Shown: positions 57,117 through 64,000 of the stretch, in pieces | Numbering within the stretch: position 1 is the stretch's first letter | How the letters are laid out: each line of letters starts with the position of its first letter | Assembly: GCA_002011125.2 (NCBI GenBank) | Contig: MTMF02000009.1 | Location: 1,352,989-1,416,988 of the forward strand | DNA length: 64,000 nt | Origin: Candidatus Hydrothermarchaeum profundi | GTDB lineage: Archaea > Hydrothermarchaeota > Hydrothermarchaeia > Hydrothermarchaeales > Hydrothermarchaeaceae | Direction: 5' to 3' | Made by a program: the position numbers and the translations under genes | Notes under the pieces: generated by a model | Seen by the model: only the letters and a program-made list of their open reading frames with translations | What the model was told of the DNA's origin: nothing | The model's database searches: none

Positions 57117-57578
57117 ATGGGCAGACTTGAATATTCTTATAAGCAAGAGGATGAAAGCAGGATTGCTAAGGCAATGGGAGTAGAGCTTAGGATGTCACCG
57201 AAGTGGTCGGTGGAAACATGCTGGGCTATCCGAGGTAAAAAATTAGAGGATGCTATTGAATTTCTCGAAGACGTTATCCAAATGAGAAGGCCTGTACCTA
57301 TAAAAAAATATAAAAAAGGTTTAGCTCATCGTAGGGGACTCTCTAAAGCGTATGCGGGAAGATACCCAGTTAAAGTAGCTGAAAATATACTTAAAGTCCT
57401 AGAAAGCGCTAGATCTAATGCCGAATATAAAGGATTAGACACAGAGAGGCTTTACATAAAGCATATCTCCGCTTTAAGAGGAAGAGTTATAAGAGGTATT
57501 CTTCCAAGAGCTTTTGGTAGAGCGTCGCCTCATAATACGTTGACAACAAATATTGAAGTGGTACTTGAAGAAAGGTGA
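57117..57578 (+). CDS. rpl22: 50S ribosomal protein L22
   Basis: SPKWSVE, GRYPVK, NAEYKGLD, PRAFGRA. Confidence 0.97.
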   Translation: MGRLEYSYKQEDESRIAKAMGVELRMSPKWSVETCWAIRGKKLEDAIEFLEDVIQMRRPVPIKKYKKGLAHRRGLSKAYAGRYPVKVAENILKVLESARSNAEYKGLDTERLYIKHISALRGRVIRGILPRAFGRASPHNTLTTNIEVVLEER

Positions 57579-57582
57579 TTCA

Positions 57583-58488
57583 GTGGCGATAGAACGGAGT
57601 TTTATTCAAGAGAATATTAGAAAATTCGAAGTAAAGGAATTTCTTAAAGAAGAACTTGAAAAAGCGGGATGCGGCGAAATTGACATCCAAAGGACACCTT
57701 TAGGGACGAGAGTAATTATCTATGCTCAGCGTCCAGGACTTGTTATCGGTAGGAAGGGTGCTTCTATTAGGAAGCTAACTAACATATTGAAAAGGAAATA
57801 TAAAATAGATAACCCTCAGATTGAAGTTAATGAACTGGAGATCCCTGAGCTGAATCCTACGGTTATGGCTAAAAATTTGGCATCTGCCATTGAAAGAGGT
57901 ATACATTTTAGAAGAGCGGCATATACGACTTTGCGTAGGATAATGGATGCTGGAGCAAGGGGCGCTGAAATCGAGATTTCTGGGAAGCTAACCGGCGAGA
58001 GAGCGAAATCTTTAAAATTTGTCGATGGATATATAAAGCACTGCGGTGAACCTGCATTTCTTTATACCCGAGAAGGACAAGCTCAGGCAGCTCCTAAGCC
58101 AGGCATCATTGGAGTTAAAGTAAAGATTATGCCTCCGGGGGTAAAACTTCCCGATGAGATAGAGTTTCTTGGAAAAGAAGAGGAGGAAGTTAAGGTAAAA
58201 TCCGCTAAAGAGGAAATCGAGGAGTTAGTTGAGGAAATAGAGAGCGAGCTTGGAGAGGAGGAAGCTCCTAAAAAGAAAATTAAACTAGAGAAATTTAAGA
58301 GAAAGAAAGTGAAAAAGAAGGAAGTAGAAGAAAAAGAAGTTGAAGAAGGGGAAGATTATAGCAGTATGAGTTGGGAAAAACTAAAAGAAGTGGCAAAAAG
58401 AAGAGGCATACCTGTGGCAGGGAAAGGAGTTACTCGACGGAAAATTGAGGAAGAACTTAAAAAGCTTGAGGAAGAGGAGGCTGATTAA
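57583..58488 (+). CDS. rps3: 30S ribosomal protein S3 with long charged C-terminal extension
   Basis: RPGLVIGRKG KH domain, FRRAAY, SGKLTGERA, GIIGVKVKI. GTG start at 57583 after GGTGA. Confidence 0.96.
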   Translation: MAIERSFIQENIRKFEVKEFLKEELEKAGCGEIDIQRTPLGTRVIIYAQRPGLVIGRKGASIRKLTNILKRKYKIDNPQIEVNELEIPELNPTVMAKNLASAIERGIHFRRAAYTTLRRIMDAGARGAEIEISGKLTGERAKSLKFVDGYIKHCGEPAFLYTREGQAQAAPKPGIIGVKVKIMPPGVKLPDEIEFLGKEEEEVKVKSAKEEIEELVEEIESELGEEEAPKKKIKLEKFKRKKVKKKEVEEKEVEEGEDYSSMSWEKLKEVAKRRGIPVAGKGVTRRKIEEELKKLEEEEAD

Positions 58489-58491
58489 GAA

Positions 58492-58692
58492 TTGGTAATC
58501 TTAAGGACTGACGAGATTATGGATCTCTCACTTTCGGAGATGGAAGAAAAGATTTCGGAATTAAAAAATGAGTTGCTAAAAGAGAGATCGAAAATAGCAT
58601 CAGGCGGGGTACCTGAAAATCCCGGAAAGATAAAAGAAATAAGGAGGACTATAGCAAGGATTCAGACGTTAAAAAGGCATAAGGAGAAATAA
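58492..58692 (+). CDS. rpl29: 50S ribosomal protein L29
   Basis: ENPGKIKEIRRTIARIQT. Confidence 0.96.
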   Translation: MVILRTDEIMDLSLSEMEEKISELKNELLKERSKIASGGVPENPGKIKEIRRTIARIQTLKRHKEK

Positions 58693-58998
58693 ATGGCAGT
58701 TTGTGAGGTTTGTGGGTTACCAAAAGAGCTATGCGTTTGCGAGGCCATTGCCAGAGAAGCCCAAAAAATAAATGTTTATACTACAAGACGGAAATTTGGA
58801 AAATTGATGACAGTGGTTGAAGGAATCAATGAAAAAGACTTTGATTTAAAAGATCTCGTAAAGCAACTTAAGATCGAATGTGCTTGCGGAGGTACCTTCA
58901 AAGACAAAAGAATTGAGTTGCAAGGCGACCACAGAAAGAAAGTGAAAGAAGTCCTAATGAAAATGGGATTTTCTGAGGATCTCATAGAAGTCAGATAA
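58693..58998 (+). CDS. Translation initiation factor 1 (SUI1/aIF1)
   Basis: [26 protein letters not shown]. Confidence 0.95.
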   Translation: MAVCEVCGLPKELCVCEAIAREAQKINVYTTRRKFGKLMTVVEGINEKDFDLKDLVKQLKIECACGGTFKDKRIELQGDHRKKVKEVLMKMGFSEDLIEVR

Positions 58999-59291
58999 TG
59001 ACTTATATCACAAAAGAAAATTTGATAAGACACGAACTAATAGGTCTACGTTGCAGGATAGTTAATGCAACAAATCCCTCGCTGATAGGCATTAAGGGGA
59101 TTGTTATAGACGAGACAAAAAATATGCTTATAATCAAAAATAAAAAAGAGTGGATGATACCTAAGAGCGAGGTGGTCCTCGAGTTTAGGTTAAAGGACGG
59201 AAAAGTTAAAATAAATGGAAGAACCTTAGTAGGAAGACCTGAAGATAGGGTGAAAATGCATGGAAATAGGAATCGATGTAAAACAACCTGA
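58998..59291 (+). CDS. rnp1: RNase P protein component 1 (Rpp29)
   Basis: HELIGL, G.VIDETKN, IPK, GRPEDR. Confidence 0.94.
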   Translation: MTYITKENLIRHELIGLRCRIVNATNPSLIGIKGIVIDETKNMLIIKNKKEWMIPKSEVVLEFRLKDGKVKINGRTLVGRPEDRVKMHGNRNRCKTT

Positions 59292-59574
59292 TGGAACATG
59301 TGATGATAAAAACTGTCCATTTCATGGTTCCCTAAAAGTAAGAGGACAGATTATAGAAGGCAAGGTTGTTAGTGACAAAATGCATAAGACAGTAGTGGTT
59401 CAGAGAGACTACTATCATTACCTCCCTAAATTTGAGAGATATGAGAAAAGGAGAGCTCGCTATTTAGCCCATAATCCAAGTTGCATTGGGGCTAAAATAG
59501 GTGATTCAGTTAAGATAATGGAATGCCGCCCTATAAGTAAAGCGAAGAGTTTTGTAATAATAGAAAAAAGTTAG
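59260..59574 (+). CDS. rps17: 30S ribosomal protein S17
   Basis: C.D.NCPFHG.L.VRG, RYEKR, ECRPISK. Confidence 0.97.
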   Translation: MEIGIDVKQPDGTCDDKNCPFHGSLKVRGQIIEGKVVSDKMHKTVVVQRDYYHYLPKFERYEKRRARYLAHNPSCIGAKIGDSVKIMECRPISKAKSFVIIEKS

Positions 59575-59582
59575 GTGTCTAA

Positions 59583-59981
59583 ATGAAGGCTTTAAAAGCG
59601 AATGTTGTAAGGGCCCTCCCTGCAGGAGCGCGATTAGAGGTTGTAGATAATTCTGGAGCTAAAGAGATAGAAATCATATCGGTCAGAGGATACAAAGGAG
59701 TGCGAAGGAGACTGCCGAAGGCAGGAGTGGGAGATCTAGTAGTAGTATCTGTAAAAAAAGGGACTCCAGACATGCGAAAACAAAAAGTTCATGCTATTAT
59801 TATAAGGCAGAAAAAGGAATACCAGAGACCTGATGGCATGAGAATCAAGTTTGAGGATAACGCTGCAGTTGTGACAAATGAAAAAGGGGAACCAAAAGGT
59901 TCGGATGTAAAAGGCCCAGTAGCTAAAGAAGCCGCAGAAAGATGGTCAAAGCTTGCCAGCATAGCGAGCATTATAATTTGA
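59583..59981 (+). CDS. rpl14: 50S ribosomal protein L14
   Basis: [26 protein letters not shown]. Confidence 0.97.
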   Translation: MKALKANVVRALPAGARLEVVDNSGAKEIEIISVRGYKGVRRRLPKAGVGDLVVVSVKKGTPDMRKQKVHAIIIRQKKEYQRPDGMRIKFEDNAAVVTNEKGEPKGSDVKGPVAKEAAERWSKLASIASIII

Positions 59982-59990
59982 GGTGTAGAA

Positions 59991-60341
59991 ATGGTATCGA
60001 GTAAGCCTAGTAAACAAAGAAAAGCGCTTTATAAAGCTCCTTTACACAAGAAATATAAATATCTCTCTGCACTTCTATCCGAGGATCTGAGAGAGGAATA
60101 TGGGAAACGCTCTATAAGAGTAAGGAAGGGGGACACTGTGGTGGTAATGAGGGGGGACTTTGCAGGGCATGAAGGAAAAGTTGAAAAAGTTTTATTAAAA
60201 AAAGGAAGAGTCTATGTTGAAGGAGCGACTGTGAAAAGGACCGACGGAACCGACCGTTTTTATCCTTTGCATCCCTCAAATCTTATGATAAAGAAATTGG
60301 ATTTAAAAGATGAAGAGAGAAGAAAGATACTAGAGAGGTAG
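59991..60341 (+). CDS. rpl24: 50S ribosomal protein L24
   Basis: [26 protein letters not shown]. Confidence 0.97.
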   Translation: MVSSKPSKQRKALYKAPLHKKYKYLSALLSEDLREEYGKRSIRVRKGDTVVVMRGDFAGHEGKVEKVLLKKGRVYVEGATVKRTDGTDRFYPLHPSNLMIKKLDLKDEERRKILER

Positions 60342-60342
60342 T

Positions 60343-61080
60343 GTGATGGGAAAACATCTTAAAAGGCTAGCTAGTCCCAGAAGTTGGAAGATAAAGCGAA
60401 AAGCAGGAAAGTGGGTTGTAAAGCCTGGGCCAGGCCCTCATAGGAAGGACGAGTCTATCCCTCTTCTATTATTAGTTAGAGATTATTTACATCTTGGAAA
60501 TACCAGTAATGAGGCTAAGAAAATCATAAATCAAGGTAAAATTCTAGTTGATAAGGTTGTGAGGAAAGACTACAAATTCCCAGTCGGCCTCATGGATGTT
60601 ATTGAAATTCCTGAGATAAAGCAAAGGAGGATAGTGTTGCTAGATGAGAAGGGGAGGTTAACACTTAAAAAACTGCTTAAGAAAAATTCTAAGTATAAAC
60701 TATGCAAGATTGTTAATAAGACGGTAGTCAAAGGGGGACATATTCAGCTGAACCTTCATGATGGTAGGAATATTCTCATAAAAGTTAGTGATCCAACAAA
60801 CCCCGTAGAAGATATTTATCGAACAAATGATACGGTGGTTATAAACTTAGATAAAAATACTATCTCGAATCATTTGCACTATAGAGAAGGAAGCATCGCA
60901 TTGATTACTGGTGGAAGTCATAGATCTAAAGTAGCAAAAATAGAGGAAATAAAGAAAACTCGTAGTCCTGAGCCGAATATAGTTAAGCTAAAGGTAGATG
61001 ATACATCGTTCGAAACGATAGAAGATTATGTATTCGTAATAGGTGAAGAGGAACCCTTCATAGCAGAGGTAGCAAAATGA
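60343..61080 (+). CDS. rps4e: 30S ribosomal protein S4e
   Basis: [30 protein letters not shown]. Confidence 0.97.
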   Translation: MMGKHLKRLASPRSWKIKRKAGKWVVKPGPGPHRKDESIPLLLLVRDYLHLGNTSNEAKKIINQGKILVDKVVRKDYKFPVGLMDVIEIPEIKQRRIVLLDEKGRLTLKKLLKKNSKYKLCKIVNKTVVKGGHIQLNLHDGRNILIKVSDPTNPVEDIYRTNDTVVINLDKNTISNHLHYREGSIALITGGSHRSKVAKIEEIKKTRSPEPNIVKLKVDDTSFETIEDYVFVIGEEEPFIAEVAK

Positions 61081-61586
61081 ATCCAATGAGAAAAGTGTTA
61101 ATCGATAAAGTTACAGTGAACATGGGCGTAGGGTCCGGAGGAGAAAGACTCGCTAATGCAGAAACTTTGCTTGAAAAGCTAACCGGGCAGAAGCCTAAGA
61201 AAAATTTTGCAAAAAGCACGAACCCAAATTTTGGAATAAGAAAGGGACTACCTATTGCATGTAAGGTAACTCTCAGAAAGGAGAGAGCAGAAGTTTTTTT
61301 AGAAAAAGCTTTTAAAGCAATTGGACATAAGATTAAGGCTTCCAGTTTTGATGAATACGGGAATGTTTCTTTTGGAATTAGAGAGCATATTGATCTACCC
61401 GGGGTAAAATACGATCCGGCGATAGGCATCTATGGTATGGACGTTTGTCTTACTTTAGAGAGGCCAGGATTCAGGATTAAAAGAAGAAAAATAAGATCAG
61501 GTAAAATTTCTAAGTCCCATAGAGTAACAAGGGAGGAAGCGATAGAATTCTTAAAGAATAATTATAACGTAACCGTGGAGGAATGA
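61077..61586 (+). CDS. rpl5: 50S ribosomal protein L5
   Basis: MNPMR, FGIRKG, GNVSFGI.EHID.PG.KYDP.IGIYGMD. Confidence 0.97.
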   Translation: MNPMRKVLIDKVTVNMGVGSGGERLANAETLLEKLTGQKPKKNFAKSTNPNFGIRKGLPIACKVTLRKERAEVFLEKAFKAIGHKIKASSFDEYGNVSFGIREHIDLPGVKYDPAIGIYGMDVCLTLERPGFRIKRRKIRSGKISKSHRVTREEAIEFLKNNYNVTVEE

Positions 61587-61590
61587 ATCG

Positions 61591-61731
61591 ATGGCAAAAA
61601 TGGGAAAGGGTACTAGAAGTTGTAGAAGATGCGGTTCACACGGCCCTGTCATAAGGAGTTATGGCTTATACATATGTAGGCACTGTTTTAGAGAAGTAGC
61701 AGCTAGTCTAGGTTTTAAAAAGTATGAATAA
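61591..61731 (+). CDS. rps14: 30S ribosomal protein S14 (Zn type)
   Basis: Manual translation: [46 protein letters not shown]. Confidence 0.95.
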   Translation: MAKMGKGTRSCRRCGSHGPVIRSYGLYICRHCFREVAASLGFKKYE

Positions 61732-61742
61732 AGGTGTAAAAA

Positions 61743-62132
61743 ATGTTGATTGATCCTCTCGCTGATGCATTATCGAATATAAAAAACAATGAGCGTACCG
61801 GGAATTTAGAATGCATAATAAAGCCCTCCTCTAAGCTTATAGGAAAGGTTCTTAACGTAATGCAAGAGCATGGTTATATAACCGAATTTGAGTATATTGA
61901 TGATGGCAGAGCCGGCAAGTTTAAAGTTAAACTTGCAGGTAAAATAAATGATTGCGGCGTTATAAGGCCTAGATATCCGGTTGGAAAAAATGATTTCGAA
62001 AAATTTGAAAAACGTTATCTACCGGCTAGAGGATTTGGGATTTTAATATTAACTACTCCTGAAGGCGTTATGGATCATGAGGAGGCAAAAAATAGGGGCA
62101 TTGGGGGGAGATTACTAGCCTACGTATATTGA
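61743..62132 (+). CDS. rps8: 30S ribosomal protein S8
   Basis: [29 protein letters not shown]. Confidence 0.97.
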   Translation: MLIDPLADALSNIKNNERTGNLECIIKPSSKLIGKVLNVMQEHGYITEFEYIDDGRAGKFKVKLAGKINDCGVIRPRYPVGKNDFEKFEKRYLPARGFGILILTTPEGVMDHEEAKNRGIGGRLLAYVY

Positions 62133-62142
62133 GGTCAGAACA

Positions 62143-62676
62143 ATGCTCGAGAAATCTATTAAAATTCCTGATGGAGTTGGAGTAACACTTGAAGGTAATA
62201 CGGTTAGAGTCCAAGGACCTAAGGGAGTTATTTCTAGAGAGCTTACCTATCCTGGAATAGAAATTTCCCTTGAAAATAATACTATAAAATTAAGGGCGGA
62301 TAAGGAAAGAAGAACACAAAAGGCTCTAGTGGGGACTTTCTCTTCTCATATAAACAACATGATAAAAGGAGTCACACAGGGATTCGAGTATAAGATGAGG
62401 GCAGTATATTCTCATTTCCCGATGAGCATAAAAGTATCGGGGGATGAGATTATAGTTGAAAATTTTCTCGGAGAAAAAACTCCGAGGAAGACAAAGATAG
62501 TTGGTGATACTTCGGTAAAAGTAAAAGGCAAGGAGATAATTATAACTGGGTGTAATATTGAAGATGTTGGACAAACAGCTGCGAACATAGAGCAGCTTAC
62601 AAAAGTTAAAAATAGAGATAGGAGAGTATTCCAGGACGGTATTTATATAGTGGAAAAGAATGGTGTTCCTATATGA
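62143..62676 (+). CDS. rpl6: 50S ribosomal protein L6
   Basis: GPKG, HINNMIKGV, YSHFPM, NFLGEK, DRRVFQDGIY. Confidence 0.97.
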   Translation: MLEKSIKIPDGVGVTLEGNTVRVQGPKGVISRELTYPGIEISLENNTIKLRADKERRTQKALVGTFSSHINNMIKGVTQGFEYKMRAVYSHFPMSIKVSGDEIIVENFLGEKTPRKTKIVGDTSVKVKGKEIIITGCNIEDVGQTAANIEQLTKVKNRDRRVFQDGIYIVEKNGVPI

Positions 62677-63029
62677 AATTTTTGAGGACAGAATACTTCA
62701 GATATAAGAAACTCGGCGAAAAGTGGAGAAAACCGAGAGGAATGCATAATAAAGTTAGAAGATACTTTGGGGGTAAGTTACTCTCTCCGTCGATAGGATA
62801 CCGTAGTAATAAGAAGGATAGAGGGCTTCATCCTTCAGGATATGAGGAGGTCTTGGTTGCAACTGAAGCGGAATTAGAAAAATTGGACAAAAATAAACAC
62901 GCGGTCCGATTTTCTGGGAAATTAGGTAGGAGAAAGAAAGAGGCTCTATATAAGAAGGCGGAAGAGTTAGGGTTAAAAGTTCTTAATGCGCCCCGATTTA
63001 TAGAACCTGAGGAGGAGGAAGAAGAGTGA
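62673..63029 (+). CDS. rpl32e: 50S ribosomal protein L32e
   Basis: WRKPRG.HNKVRR, P.IGYR, RGLHPSG. Confidence 0.96.
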   Translation: MKFLRTEYFRYKKLGEKWRKPRGMHNKVRRYFGGKLLSPSIGYRSNKKDRGLHPSGYEEVLVATEAELEKLDKNKHAVRFSGKLGRRKKEALYKKAEELGLKVLNAPRFIEPEEEEEE

Positions 63030-63478
63030 ACCTCTCGACTCAGAGAAGGATGGCAGCATCAATTTTGCAAGTAGGCGAAGACCGTGTGTGGTTTGATCCA
63101 GAAGAACTTGACACGATCTCTTCGTCTGTTACAAATGAGGATATAAGAAAATTGATTAAGGAGGGTATAATTCAGGTCAATCCAATTAAAGGCACAAGTA
63201 GTTATAGAGCACGGATAAGACGTATCCAGAGATCAAAAGGCAGGAGAAGGGGAGCAGGAAAGCGGAAAGGCACTAAATACTCTAGGCTCCCTAAGAAAGA
63301 AAGATGGATGTCGTCCATAAGGGCTCTTAGAAAGAAACTTGTGGAGTTAAGAGATTCTAAAAAAATAGATCCCTCGACATATAGAAAATTATATGCCATG
63401 GCAAAAGGTGGAGTTTTTAGGGACAAGGCGCATCTGGAGAGTTATATCAAAGAAAAAGGTCTATTTAAAGGTGAATAA
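63026..63478 (+). CDS. rpl19e: 50S ribosomal protein L19e
   Basis: QRRMAA..L.VG..RVW, KGRRRG.G.RKG, WM..IRALR, YRKLY..AKGG.F. Confidence 0.97.
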   Translation: MNLSTQRRMAASILQVGEDRVWFDPEELDTISSSVTNEDIRKLIKEGIIQVNPIKGTSSYRARIRRIQRSKGRRRGAGKRKGTKYSRLPKKERWMSSIRALRKKLVELRDSKKIDPSTYRKLYAMAKGGVFRDKAHLESYIKEKGLFKGE

Positions 63479-63480
63479 TA

Positions 63481-64000
63481 ATGGCCACAGGTCCAAGATA
63501 CAGGGTAGGATATAGAAGAAAGCGAGAAGGAAAAACCAACTATAGAAAGCGAGTTAAATTATTGCAATCAGGGAAACATAGGCTAGTAGTCAGGAAAAGT
63601 TTGAACCATATTATATTACAGTTTATAAAATTCTCTGAAAAAGGGGATATAACGATATCTTCTTGTCATTCAAAGGAGCTGGAGAAATATGGGTGGTTGG
63701 GGGGAACCTCAAATCTTCCTGCTGCGTATTTAACAGGATTACTCTGCGGAAAAAAAGCTAAGGGAAGGGTAAAAGAGGCAGTATTGGACATAGGGTTTGT
63801 ACCCCCTATTAAAGGCTCAAAGATTTTTGCTGCATTAAAAGGGGTGATTGATGCAGGGATAAATATACCCCATAGCGACATCGTATTTCCAGATGAAAAA
63901 AGAATCAGAGGGACTCATATTTCTGAATACGCCAAAGTCCTAGGCGAAAAGCGGAAAGAGAGATTCTCTGAATATTTTGAAAGAGGTCTAGATCCCGTTG
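63481..64000 (+). CDS. rpl18: 50S ribosomal protein L18 (3' end outside the window)
   Basis: Manual translation: MATGPRYRVGYRRKREGKTNYRKR...RLVVRKS...NLPAAYLTGLL...LDIG. Confidence 0.95.
   Translation, partial: MATGPRYRVGYRRKREGKTNYRKRVKLLQSGKHRLVVRKSLNHIILQFIKFSEKGDITISSCHSKELEKYGWLGGTSNLPAAYLTGLLCGKKAKGRVKEAVLDIGFVPPIKGSKIFAALKGVIDAGINIPHSDIVFPDEKRIRGTHISEYAKVLGEKRKERFSEYFERGLDPV

Overview
An archaeal chromosomal window, mostly housekeeping. GGTGA/GGAGG ribosome-binding sites, TATA-type promoters, archaeal r-proteins, LonB, EgsA, SepF and hdrCB-DUF2096 point to a euryarchaeal lineage near Methanobacteria/Thermococci/Hydrothermarchaeota; that placement is my inference. Core content: tyrS (partial), hdrCB, GGPP synthase, lonB, prs-coaD, the rnp4-rps19e...pfdA-ftsY cluster, valS, purF, proS, rps3ae, apgM-phosphohexomutase-glmU, RNase P RNA, SAMP-ncsA and the rpl3...rpl18 operon, which runs off the right edge. 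Four intronless tRNAs (Val-TAC, Gly-GCC, Ser-CGA, Ala-GGC) are present. Two accessory stretches stand out. The first (about 15.4-25 kb) has orphan histidine kinases, a Zn-ribbon gene behind a long G-U-rich leader hairpin, a split ribbon-helix-helix protein and a solo serine recombinase with a palindrome. The second (about 30.6-37 kb) has two GH130 beta-mannoside phosphorylase-like genes, a divergent GT-B glycosyltransferase, a mannose-1-P nucleotidyltransferase-cupin fusion and a large lipoprotein. This second block is my best candidate for an undescribed system: a possible synthesis-and-recycling cycle for a beta-mannosylated compound such as an osmolyte. Other signals: an ACG start codon at an apparently mutated ATGA overlap, mosaic identity between tandem CBS genes, a Phr-type operator at hsp20, a possible two-state r-leader before rpl3, and a Rho_N/HeH-like tail on uS3. 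I saw no CRISPR array, rRNA or intact IS. All calls come from motifs read by eye; no searches were run.
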